From assembly GCF_001949145.1 (NCBI RefSeq), contig NW_019091361.1, positions 1,432,374 through 1,496,373 of the forward strand: DNA of 64,000 nt, given 5' to 3'. Both the position numbers and the translations under genes were made by a program. Positions 1 through 11,972 of the stretch are shown piece by piece. The DNA comes from Acanthaster planci (taxonomy: Eukaryota). How positions within the stretch are numbered: the stretch's first letter is position 1; every line of letters starts with the position of its first letter. Below the pieces are notes generated by a model. That model made no database searches. It saw only the letters and a list, made by a program, of their open reading frames with translations, and had not been told where the DNA came from.

Positions 1-1078
1 ACAGGTCACTACATACATATTCTAATAAATGTGCAAAATGTCTAAGACTTTGATTTGCCCGAGAAAATTCAATAGCTCCATTATCATTTCTTTCTGACAT
101 CCTCTTTCTTTACCGTTTTTAAGTAATCATTTTTTTCACAGGTTTCATAAAAAGGAAAGTAAAGTAAATAAATGTTATAACAATAAGCATTAGCTCATTA
201 TTCTACCTAAATGGGGTGTCATCATGGAACATAACGACGACAATCAGCAAATTTCATAAGTGTAATGGTGGTCTAATTGCCTGATCTCAGACTTGCGTAA
301 CCTCCTCTCCTTTCTGGCTCCTTCCTTTTCCATTCTTGCCGACGACACTGTGATTTTGTCGACGAAACCGAGTAACGAGGGTGTTACATTCCTTTACGCC
401 CTCCCCTTTTCTAGCGGCGCCCGTTACCCTCCTGGTGCTTCTTATTCGGAAGAAGTCATTTCTGATATCCGATTTCCCATTCCTTTCAACTCACGACGAA
501 TTTCAGACAGAACATTAACAAATGAAACTAGTTCCTGAGTCTCAACCCTAATGGATTTGTTAAAGGTCGTAGTTACAACGAAGCATAGCTAAACATCAAA
601 AATATTAATGTACTATAAATATTTTTGTCTTACTACCCAAAAGATATTTCACGTAAAAGCTTAAACGGTCACGGAATTAATCTTCACTATCACTGACTCA
701 CTACAGTTCGGCTGATGAAAATCGTGATTCCTGATAACTAAAAACTATTCTGGTTAGGGCCTTCATCCCCGACTGATATTACGTGTGGTGCTTTCACACT
801 TTACGTAACTATGCATCATGTATCGGCTAATGACGATTCGTGTGAGTGATTTCAAAATCACCAACCGTTTTTCCACAAAAATGTCCCAGAAAAGTGTTTG
901 GTCCATTATCTAATGTGCTGCAGCATGCTTATATGATGTGCTATATGAAGAAGCCAGCTACAGGTATTAAAGCCAACTTGGGAGGTGCCATGATTGTGAG
1001 CATTGGTTATAAACAAAGCAGGGGATTCGCTAGATCTCAGTGCCCCCTCAAAGGCGCCATCGGGAATTCTCTTTGTTT

Positions 1079-4000
1079 TTAGGCCACTGCGGGCGTCGGT
1101 GATACCTTCTTAAAGCAGATTGTTTTCCGGCAGACGTGTTTTATGATGTGGAAAATCAAGGCGATGACCTCGGCCAGAGTCAGGAAGGACACCCCGATGT
1201 ACAGGCCCAGCAAACCGCCGACATTACCCAAGAGGTTTGGGAACTTCGGAAGAAATCAAAATAGTAAGTTTATAAGTGCTATTTCGAATTATTCATCGAG
1301 TAATGTGACATTTTGATGGGTGTTTTCAGGTAGTCACTGGATTCATTTCAAAGTATTTATCTCGAATGTACTTTTGAGGAACGTGAAATCTAATTTTAAC
1401 ACACATACCACTTAAAGCATGCCACTTAAATTCTCCGTAACAGTTGGTGCACATCATTAAGGTAAAAGCAGTTTAACTCACCGTGTACAATGGTGACTCC
1501 AAGATAGACTGGTAGTTCAGTTCCTCAAAGTAAACCCTGAGTCGAACAAGGTTTTTACTAGAGAAAGAATAAGTGTAAACAGGAATGACCCGAGAACGGA
1601 TTTCATAGTACCATTAAGCTCAAAAGATCTTTCAATCCTCCATTTTTGAGATCATGTCAATTAGAGATTGGAATCCACCGGTCTCGTCACACTTTGGTCC
1701 GTCTTCCACAGTTTTACCGGCCAGTTATTTACAAGACTCACCTCGTTCTCTCCTCGCTAGTCGCCATCCTGGCTGCGAACGCACTGTTCGGGTTTTCATT
1801 CAAACGTCTCTGGAGATGTTCCTGCGCGGAGTGACAAGACAAAGTAATCTGTGAGATCCTCAGGAGATAATACGACAAATTGAGTAACGATTCTGTCTGA
1901 AGGGAAATGTGAAAGCGACTTCCACGGGAGATTTGTTTCTGACGCTGAAGGATTTATGTAAAGATCCAAAGAGACAAAGCATTCCATTCTGGTTTGTAGG
2001 GGGAAAATAGTTGGCTACGTGCAAATATGAAATTTAAGAACAAAGAGTTTATATCATGAACGTTACTGAATATTTTATCTGTGTTGCTGAATGAATTGTA
2101 TCACGCTTAAGTTTATATAATATCAGTGAACAACCTAGCAGTGTTTGAATAACCCTTAAATGATGGAAGACAGAACAGGAAGTTTAGTTAGTGAAAAGGT
2201 GAAATCCATCCAAAAGGGGCGACAAAACGATTTAGAGATGTCTTTCCCCTTCACGCCAGGGTAAACTTACCTCGTATCTTTCGGAGGGCCAGTATGATGA
2301 AGACACAGCCTTGGTGTAGGTCGTCTCGCTGATTCATATCAGGAAGAATGATGATCAAATGGGGAAATCAATTACAAAGAACAAAAATACTGTTATGATA
2401 ACCTCTTTTAACGTGTGGCTGAGTTGGTCTGTCGCATAAGCAATAGCCTTCGTAACAAGCCATGCAGTTGAGAGTTCACACCGCGCTGCGTATGTGAATT
2501 TCAAAACGCTGGACCTAAACCTCCTGGGGGAAGATACACTGCCAAAACAACACCCCCTGTGTTATCAGAGGACTACACCAATTCTTTTCACCGGTGTTAA
2601 AAAAGTTTGGTGTCATTTGGTGTTACTTTAACACCCTGCAGTACATTGTTACACTTAAAGGTGTGCAAAGTAACACCTGCGGTGTTAAAGCAACACCCTG
2701 TGGTGTTGTCATCCGATAACACGACACGGTGTTGATTTTAACACCACAGTTTTTGCAGTGTAGTAACCTGAAAGAAGATTAAAATTTCTCTTACAATATT
2801 GGAGCATAAAATACCGCGAGCAATGTGCAAATCAGAGTGTTTGGAAGTTTTTGCTCACGAGGAACTGTCAATTTTGTTGGCGCCTTATTTATTCCGTCAT
2901 AACAATTGCCAGATGTGCATGCTTCCACGGATTGTGAAGTGTGAGGAATTAATCGAAAATTCTTAATGTTCAAGTTTGTTTTAGCTTTTAGTTTCATTCT
3001 TTAAAAAATTAAAAACATTTTACCCCCTTCCCAAAGAAAACAATACTCACTTGCAAGCAATGGGGCAATCGCAATTCAATTTCTTCTCCTCGCCCAGATA
3101 CTCCACAAGCTGTTTGCATTTCTCTGTAGGTGAGCAAAGTTCGAATATGAACCCTCTAAACTTAAATGACGTCAGCCTGACCGATTAAACAATTTGCGTT
3201 TATGTGTAATTTTTTCTTCAACAAGATAGCTTGGTTTAAGCTTCCATGTGGCGTCCTCTTTTTTTCAAGAAAATATAAAGATGAACAAAGAAATTGACTG
3301 GCGCGGGACTTAAACCTGCAACCTCTGGAATACCGTACCAGTGCTCTACCAACTGAGCTATCCAGCCCTACGTTAGTAGCTGTTCCCATTTGTCAATGTC
3401 TCTGTTCGGGGGGCGCTAGCCAGAAGCCATTAAACTTGAAACACCATGTAGCCAGGGATCACACCCCTATACCACGATACAACCTGGGAAGTGGTGAACA
3501 CTTTTCAAGAAAATATTTAGAACGCAACAAGCATCATAACAGCAAGCTGAGTGCCACCAACCCATTTCAGTTTTTCTTTCTTTACAGTTTTGAAGAGTAC
3601 TTTGTCTAATTATTCGTTACATATTCTTTGGGTACCTAACTTGTCCCAGGAACCCTCTCACACAGGTTTAACTGTTCATCAAACTATTAATGATACTTGA
3701 AAATCACACCTTTTCCTTGGTGCTTTTTCTGAAAATCTGAAAGTAACTGCTATTAACAGGAAATAACACCGAGGAAAAACCTGATAACTTTTGAGGGTTC
3801 CAAACTTACGTTGCCAGGCATTTAGGAAGCTACATTTAGTCTTGTTCCCCAACAGTATATCTGATACGCAGCGGCACCGTTTAAACATCTCCTCCTGCAC
3901 GCACTCTTTAAGGCAGGATTTCCTGGAGTAGGTGGTCGCCGTGTAGGGCTGGCAATCTTCAGTATTGTAGGGTTTGCCTAGACGCTCGAGATACACCTGC

Positions 4001-7000
4001 AGGAAAAATGGAATTTCAGTCTGCATCTTGTATTCTGTAGACCTTTCTGGGAGAGCCTATTGCTTATACATTTCCCTTTATGTCTTGATATTACACCCAG
4101 TAACTTATCTGGAGGTGGGCAATAATTGTCAAGACATCCACTGATCAAGGGATTCGTCAAACCAAACTAGTCCAACACTGAAATGACACGAGGGTCAAAC
4201 CTCCCTTGCTATGAGCTCCCAATAATTTGATGTCCATGCACCTTTTTTCATACAATTTGACAATTTCCGTGGGTGGAACTTGGAAGCGGGTGGGCAAATG
4301 CTAACCTACAGTATGAGCAGGCTTTTGCCCCTTGAAGACATGTAGCAAAGGTTTCTCCTCCTTCCACCTGTTTGGGAATTGAAAGTGAAATCCTTGCGGG
4401 GCTGAGGATCAGAAATTGAACAAATATTTTCGCTAACATTTGTATTTTCATCGTCCCCCTGGCCCCAAGAAGTGTATTATGCCACTGCCTATTCAATCTA
4501 CGTTCAAAGAGGATTAAATATCACTTCTCAAAGTCCACTGACATTTAAGATATTGAAGTATAGTACTTTTTTCTGAATGACCATTTTCTTAGTGGAACGA
4601 CGAAACACCCTTCAAGTTACTCTCCGAAATATTATATTTTATTGCTGACATTTTAAACAATTCTTTAACATGAATTTCATAGAACACTGCACTAGATGAT
4701 ACGTATAGTGACATGGTTACGAAGGGAGTTCGCAAACCTGCCGAAGACCGATATTGGTGGCCATGCCCGGCGAGGCAGTAATGCCGTCATCTTCTGGGAA
4801 AGGCGGGGTAGTCTGGGAATGGATGGACACCCTGATCCCGGCCTCTGGGGACAGGATTCCCACGTATTCGGGCATCTCCAAGAACAGCGTCAGGTGAAGT
4901 CCTGTAGGTAAAGTACGGTACATGTAGTGACTCCAGAAGGGAGGTGAACCTGACGATCAGTGAACAGGATGAGAACTCTTCCTTTTTTTTCTCCTGAATT
5001 TAAAAAGGCTATTTTTCCTATTCTGATCTGTTAATACTAAACATTTTATTATGACTAGGAGTTTGTGTTGTTTTCAAGCTACACTGCGCCTCAATAAGTA
5101 AAGACAACATGGATTCTAGATTACAAACATACTATGGACTGTGGGAACATTTTAAACGCAAGACGGCTCTCGTTCCGAAGTTCCCTATCGCAAACTGTCT
5201 TTGAATACAACTCGTGTCTGAGTTATCGATTCATCAATTAGCCAAAGAAAACTGACCAAACTGACTTTTTTTACTTACCATATTGTGCTCCGGAGTTCTT
5301 GGTGGTTTTTGTCGCTTGGAGTTCTTCCTCGTGGTTGAAAGTAAAGCAGTTGCCGTATTCCTTGTTCTGAAACTGGTGGAAGTCTCTACAAAAACAAGGT
5401 ACGTTCCATTGTTAGCTCTCGTTATGCAGAAAAACTTTACATGCCAAACAGCATTAATGAAAGGAACATTAGTAAACACAAAGGCAAGAACATTGTCGAA
5501 ATTAAAACAAATCGCCCAGAAAGCCATCTGAAACCATGCAGTTAACTCCAATTATGACAACAGTGGGGATACGAAAATCATTGGACAACAAAACGATTAT
5601 GGAGCAGTCTGTGTGTGTGCATGTGGAGGGGTAATCTCCAAACTCTAAATTGTTACCGATTCTCTGGATATACGCACTTACTTGAAGCTGCAGAGTTTCT
5701 TATCAAACGTGCACTGCAGAATGGTGTCCTTGGCTTGGTGACCGAGCGTTTTCAGCTCCTCACGCGTAGGGTTGATGATGTCGAGGAAGTCGCTGTAATC
5801 AGGGGACGTGGAGCGGTCGTAGAATTGTTGCCAGTCATCATCGCTGTTCACGCCCGTCCAGTTGAAGTACTGATCGTATTGGAAATCGAACTGGGTGCCG
5901 CCCTCCTCGTTGTTCCACTCTTGGTCGACCCAGGAACCGAACTCACCGATTATGCCCCTGATGCCATCGTCCATAGACGTGTCGCGGATGATGCGAAGTG
6001 AGCGCTTCTTGCGCCGTGAATCTCCTCTCGCTGTGGTGGTTTTCTCCTCTAGTTGTTGTGTGGCTGCAGATCCAGTAATGGTGCCCGTTGTCCTTGCCGG
6101 CGGTGCTTCGCTTTCTGTGCCTGTGCTTGATGTTGGAGCACTGGTTATGGGGAAGTTAGAAGGGCTGAAGTCCACAGATGCTGCAGTTGTTCCCTTCCCT
6201 ACACCTGATGACGCCACTGTGCTCGGGGACCATACGCCCTCAGATGAAGCAGAGCTAGCTAAACTTACCACGTCTGGCGGGCGGACGCTGTCTTCACCTG
6301 TTGTTGCTTGGGACTGAGGGGTGGTCACAGACACAATGCTGGAATCCGACTCTTTTGATGTCGTCGTTTCACCGCTCTCAATTGTCAATGTAGACGGACT
6401 GGCATCGTGTTCAAAAGCAGTTGATGAAGACGCTAGGGACTCGAATGGCTCTGATTCAGGTATCTCTGTTGTTATCATACCTTCCTCTTCAGTTGTCGCT
6501 TGCATCCCCATACTTGTGGCGCTTTGGTCAGTAACGGGGTATTCTTCTGATGAGCTTCCTGGGGACACGTTAGAATCGGAGACTGCTGTGTTGGTCTGGG
6601 GTGGAGAATGTGCGGTGGCCATGTCCAAAGCGGTTACATCGATTCCAGTACCTGTCCCTGCTTCAAAAAGCCCCTCATCCAAGGTCCCGTGATTGGCAGT
6701 CGGGGTTTCCTGAGCAGAGGAAGAGGACTTTGTTGATACAGCGAGTCCGGTGTAAGCTATTCCTACAGTGGATGGAGCTTCAGGGAAATCAGTCATTGCG
6801 CCCATCGTTGTTTCGACCTGCATCATGTTATCCGATGCCGCAGTGGTAAATGTGTCCGTTCCGTCCTGAGTGAAGATACCTGCTGGATCCACACCTCCGT
6901 CACCATACATCACACTCCAGTCACTCTGAAGAGTAGGTCCGCCTGTGCCAAGGTTAGATCCTGTGGAAGCCTGTCCTGCCCCGCTGGCGTTTCCATAGGT

Positions 7001-9133
7001 GTCCATGTAGTGCTCGTACCACGCGGAGTCCCAGTCGAAAAACCAGGAATAGTCGGTCTGTCCGCTGTCATCGGTCAGCCCACCGTCAAGGCGGATTAGC
7101 CCCTCGAAGCGGCTGCCGACAAGCTGAGACCGCCGCAAGCGGTTCATGTTGCAGATGGTTACCGAGGGGAAGGTCAGCTCAGGGTTGGTGACCAGCTTCA
7201 CCTTGGTTGTCGAGGGAAAGCCGAGGTAGTCGACCAGAACCGTGATGCCCTGCCAGCAGAAGACGGTGAGCATTGCTAGGAACACGGCCAGCCAGAAGAC
7301 TTTGGTCACGGTACGCTTGGAGCGGGCGATGGTCGGTACACCGTGGGCGGTGGTGTTCTCCGCGAAGTCCTGCAGGATGTCACCCAGCGTGCGTTTGCGT
7401 TTGGCTGCTGGCTGACAGGCCTCTTCCCAGGATGGAAGTACTGGGGGCTTCTTGGGGATGGGAGGGGCACCCCATGCACCGTGATATGTAACTTGGCTGT
7501 TATTCCTAAGAAGAAAAGGCTTTTTATCATAATTATAAACTGGGTGCAGGACACATAGATTGACTGCAAACTTCACAATGCGAAGTTGGGATATCGGTAT
7601 CATGGTTCTGTTTCGGGGAAACGTTCCTAATGATTTAGGTCAATTCCGCTGAGAACAAATCGCAACCCCTTTATTTCAAGTATTTTCTTTTACTTGAGAT
7701 TTTAAATGTTTCGAAATGGTTTACAGGATCATATAAAAATTGTGAACTAAAGCTCTTAGTTTAATTCGAACACACTACTTTTTTAAAGGAAAAATCTTTA
7801 TGACGCAACAAGAAAGCACGAAGAAGTCATAAAGTTTCAATAATCATAGATAATTTAGGAAGCTTTCGCCCTAAAGTAATTTAGTACAAGACAAATCATT
7901 AAACCTTAGAGACACTTGGCAAATCGACATCTTTAAACAAATACCTTGAGACGACAGATGAAAATAGAGATGGAAGGAAAAGACGATTGATTTGAGAGAA
8001 AAATAACAAATCTTTTGTGTAGGTATTGAGTTCTTCCTCCCGTAAGGAAGAACATTAACCAACAAAAAAATGCATCAGAACCGCTGTCGGAAAAAGGTTT
8101 CTACGTGTGTGAGAGGCATGATATTCTGATGGAACACATTTGGAAGACAAACCTGGGTAATTTTGATTCAAGTCTACCAACGAAACATTGCAGAGTCATT
8201 TTGACTGAGATTTTTAAATCGAATTGATTACGATATCTTTCAGAATTATCAATAAGTATAATCGTAATCCACTCAACGAAGAAGTTGCAACAAAGAGTTA
8301 TGGACTTTTTAAAATTCATTTCGGGGTAACTCGAAGTAAGCGGACAATTTTAAGTAATCTGAGGTTTCTTAAAGCAATTATGGGCGAGTTGAAGATCTTA
8401 AACTTTTCCAATACTTAGAAGCCCTCCTCTGAACACAATTACGTTATGAGATTTCAGTCAAGTTTCGATTGAAAACAGAAGTGAATTAAGCGGGATTTGT
8501 ATCAAAGCAGAAAATGTTTCTTGTCCATTTGTAAATGAGCTAAAACATTAATCTAGAAGCATCTTGCTACTTAGCACGTATACCGCTTGTTTGTACCTGA
8601 TGATGGCCATGATGATGTAAAAACATTAGAATGCTTACATTTGTAATTGTTTCAAACTGCAAAAGCGAAGCTAATGAGACATGTAGACAAGTATTTGCAA
8701 GTTTCTGGGTTATTCATAGCTATATGTATAAACAAAATAGCTCTATTATGTAAACAGCATCACGGAACATCCCCTCCTCGCACATTAAAATGGTGTACCT
8801 CTGCTATCGCTGTTTAACGTGTCTCTGTCAACTTTTAAGTCTTTCAAATCGACAATCATCTCTGCATAATTTGTTTTCGCAGATGTAAAGTGGTGCTCTG
8901 CACTAAATCTGCATGTCCGACAGCCTTAAAAGTTGCAGGTTGCGGGTAATAGTCTGATTCACTGAGTAAAACATTTCTGTCAAATCGATGTTCTAAACGA
9001 TCCTGTTGCACTGTAATTACTTCAAAATTCCTGCAGGATTTCTCAAATTGTCAAGGTCGGGCCTTTTTCTGTTTTCCATCTCATGAACCTGATATAACAA
9101 AACCTAACCGAACAAAAATATCTCTTACCTCAT
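1079..9133 (-). CDS. DEG/ENaC (amiloride-sensitive sodium channel family) subunit 1, ~912 aa, 10 coding exons
   Basis: Hand-spliced exons: 9129-9133 (ATGAG|gtaaga, tentative), 5682-7505, 5279-5385, 4738-4901, 3810-3996, 3051-3123, 2271-2328, 1742-1821, 1482-1557, 1079-1243. All introns are GT-AG, phases are consistent and the total is 2739 nt. Family motifs: pre-TM1 TTAHG, TM1, FPSVTICNMN, ILQCTFD, YGNCFTFN, GLHLTLFLEMPEY, Cys-rich thumb, WPS, LRVYFEELNY, TM2 LLGNVGGLLGLYIGVSFLT. Confidence 0.95.
2537..2760. mobile_element. MITE-like non-autonomous DNA element, copy 1 (CACTG termini, TA flanks)
   Basis: Terminal inverted repeats ta|cactgccaaaac ... gtttttgcagtg|ta with 1 mismatch. Internal taacacc/ggtgtta repeats occur in both orientations. 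A related copy lies at ~27072-27277. Confidence 0.7.
3277..3501 (-). mobile_element. tRNA-related retroposon-like insertion with 15-bp target-site duplication
   Basis: Flanked by the direct repeat ttttcaagaaaatat (3262-3276 and 3502-3516). Minus strand ~3295-3367 is tRNA-like: A box TAGCTCAGTTGG, degenerate B box GGTTTAAGTCC, partial acceptor stem, no canonical anticodon loop. Confidence 0.7.
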
Positions 9134-11174
9134 TCCAGACTGTTCCAGTGAAATTTTTAAATCAAAACACGAACTATTGAAAGGTTGTCCTAACGCCCGT
9201 GTGATGTCACGCCGTTCCCAGATGGTTCACCATTTTCCTGATGGGTACACCAGACGCGCTCAGCTTTTAACGGAAAAGGCTTTAGAGAAGTTCAGTACAC
9301 CCACATTTGTGGTCTTATCTGCCCAGGAAAATCGTGGGCAGCAAACAACTTCAACCATTTGTCGCTTTGGCAACAGCGTCAAATAACCAAGTTAATGGAT
9401 GCTTTTAATATGCCCTTGCGCCATCGTGCAGTAAATTGTGCCCGGTGATTACTTTTCAAATTGACCTTCACTCCAACGAGGAGGTGGAAATTTGGGCGTG
9501 AGAAGCTCTGAACTAATCTCAAGCTACGTTAGTGTCAAGGTAAACCAAACATATTAGAGGACAGCGAATCCATTAATTGGAGTGTACTTCTCTGGGGACC
9601 TACAAGGTTTTTGTGGATGCATCATAATGACCGAACTTACGCAGAAGTTAATTGAGTGACCATTCTAACCATTGGTTTTTGAATATCACACGATGTACTC
9701 CAGCGCTCTCTCACTCTCTTTAATCCCAAGAGAGCTTTCGTTTTCAATTTTTGATTTTGAGGTCTTTGTAACGAGTGGCCCTGTGGTAGGGCAGTGACAA
9801 TTCCCCCAAGTTCGTGGGGCATTGAGTTTTCGTATGACCTAGTAAAAACACTAATAACAGAGGATTTTTATTTCAAAAAATGATTTTAGCGTACATGTTA
9901 ACTTTCTTACTTATTTTGTAAGCGTCGCTTATTGTCGAAGGGTTCAAGTTGTTTGTTTTCCTTCAAAAATTCTGTAGGTCCAACTTTCCATTTCGATATA
10001 AAATGATCAAAGTATTCGTCTACGCCGTGGGTGTGGCTTTCCTTCTCGCAGGATAACTTGGTGTAGGATGATTCTAGTGAGCTGTACACCCACTTGTTTA
10101 GGTTATGAAAGTTATTGTCAACCATTTAAGGCTTATACACTGTGAGTGTTGGATTATGGGTTACATTTGATATTGTTTTTGCCGTTGTTGGTAGAGGGCG
10201 AGATCTAATCCATTGTCAAGATGGTTGTGATTTGTTAAATTGACAAAAGTCCTTTCCTTGTATGTCTTACAACTATGTCTCTGGTGGAATAGTGTGTTTT
10301 TTTTTCAAATTGAGTCATTAAACTCATTTTTATCTTACAAAAATCATAACTATATACGTTAAGAAGCTTTGCTTCGCTTGATAGCTGATAATGAATATAC
10401 TACTTTTTCAGGGGCGTATCCTATAGGGGGGAGGGCAACTTGCCCCCATAGCCATGTTGCGATTTTTACCGATTGGATTGAAACCGCCCGCATTTTAGAA
10501 ACAGTACGATACTGTGTTTTCTACTGATTCATTTTAAAGCAAATCATTTATTTTATCGGGCAATTATAATTCAGAAAGAACAGTCATCATAAACAAACTC
10601 ACATATCCCCCCCAAAAATACATGGGAAAAAATTCATTTAAACATCTTCAGCGCACTTTAGAAGTATGTCGTTCAGTTTGCAATATGGTATATTAGTGTG
10701 TTAATGTACCTAATATTTATGGCAAAACTGTGACCATGGGAGAATGAAAGGATAAGCACACGTTCTAATAAGGCAGAAAGAATAATTAGAGGCAGAAGTG
10801 AGACTAGACTTGTCGAGCATTCATCGCTTTTCACACCATGTGCTAGCCAATCCATACTTAATCATCAATAACGCCAAGATCTATTTGAAAACAAAGATTA
10901 CGAAGGCAGCACTAAAGGTGCATGACGTAACTTAAACAAAAAATTAGTATTTTTACATACATAGAATACAATACAAACTCATGAAACGATCATCTGTCCC
11001 AAACACTTCTTACACAAACTATAAACTCTAAGTCAACTTTTATTTCATGCACATTTCTTCAAAAAGGTTCGGTAATATAGATTCAATTCCCCCAAATGGC
11101 CAGCCCTTTGATCTTTACCACATAGCAGAGCCAGCATCTGAAAACACCCTCAAGGGGTTTGTTCTAGAGTTGTT

Positions 11175-11972
11175 TTACAGTCCATGAATCAGAAAGCCAG
11201 AGAAAGAGCAATACCTGTCGCTATCGCTGTAAATACCGCCAAAGCCAAATTCAAGCCAAACTCTATCTCCCGCCGCCAAAACAAGGACTGCTGAATTGCT
11301 GGACATGTGGTAATAATTGTCGTGCGTATTATAGATCGAGAAGACAAGCTGGTCGTTCTTTTTCAGTTTTACGTAAGGATCCGAACTTGACGCCATCCTT
11401 TGAATGGTAACTGTGAAGAAGTAGGCCCCAGGCCTTGAGCAAGTGAACACGCCTGATTGCAAACTGTAATCATTACCGAGATTCGTAAGGATGTTGTTAA
11501 AAATGATGACATCGCCATTACTGCCTGTGACACTGGACGAGCGGTAAGCGCTGAATGCAATGGCAGAGGGCAGTGTTGGTGTAACTACCGTAAGATCTCC
11601 CGGCTCGCCCTTTTGTCCCTGCTCACCAGGTGGTCCATGGACTCCCTGCACCCCCTTCTGCCCCTCACCGATGTCTCCCTTGCGACCAGCAGGTCCCAGT
11701 TTCCCTGGAAGTCCTTGTATCCCTGGCTCACCTTGGTCTCCCTTCTGTCCCTGGACGCCGGTGTCCCCCTTGGGTCCAGAAAGGCCCATCCCGGAGTCGC
11801 CCTTGGGGCCAGGGGGTCCTTGACCCCCAGGATTTCCAGGGATCCCAGGAATGCCAGGTGTTCCGGCCGGGCCTTGGAAGCAAGCACCACAGCAGGTTGA
11901 AGATCCTTTCGTTTCCTCCTGAGCAACGCAATAACTGCTGAAGAGCCACAGCGTCAGAACCTTAAGGAGCAT
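11175..11972 (-). CDS. Secreted collagen-tailed C1q-domain protein (C1q/CTRP-like), 265 aa, uninterrupted CDS
   Basis: Signal peptide [22 protein letters not shown] motif and ~30 Gly-X-Y triplets with two Gly-X interruptions. The gC1q domain follows ([56 protein letters not shown]). A probable 5'-UTR intron acceptor lies at 11994. Confidence 0.95.
   Translation of the reverse strand: MLLKVLTLWLFSSYCVAQEETKGSSTCCGACFQGPAGTPGIPGIPGNPGGQGPPGPKGDSGMGLSGPKGDTGVQGQKGDQGEPGIQGLPGKLGPAGRKGDIGEGQKGVQGVHGPPGEQGQKGEPGDLTVVTPTLPSAIAFSAYRSSSVTGSNGDVIIFNNILTNLGNDYSLQSGVFTCSRPGAYFFTVTIQRMASSSDPYVKLKKNDQLVFSIYNTHDNYYHMSSNSAVLVLAAGDRVWLEFGFGGIYSDSDRYCSFSGFLIHGL

Noticed and set aside
3295..3367. Possible functional tRNA gene
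   Set aside because: The B box is degenerate, there is no canonical anticodon loop, and it sits inside a TSD-flanked insertion.
5615..6849. Plus-strand ORFs over ENaC subunit 1 (and similar ones at 11457-11941, 20142-21152, 24887-25903, 30610-31255)
   Set aside because: They are antisense shadows of GC-rich coding exons, with no motifs or splice support of their own.
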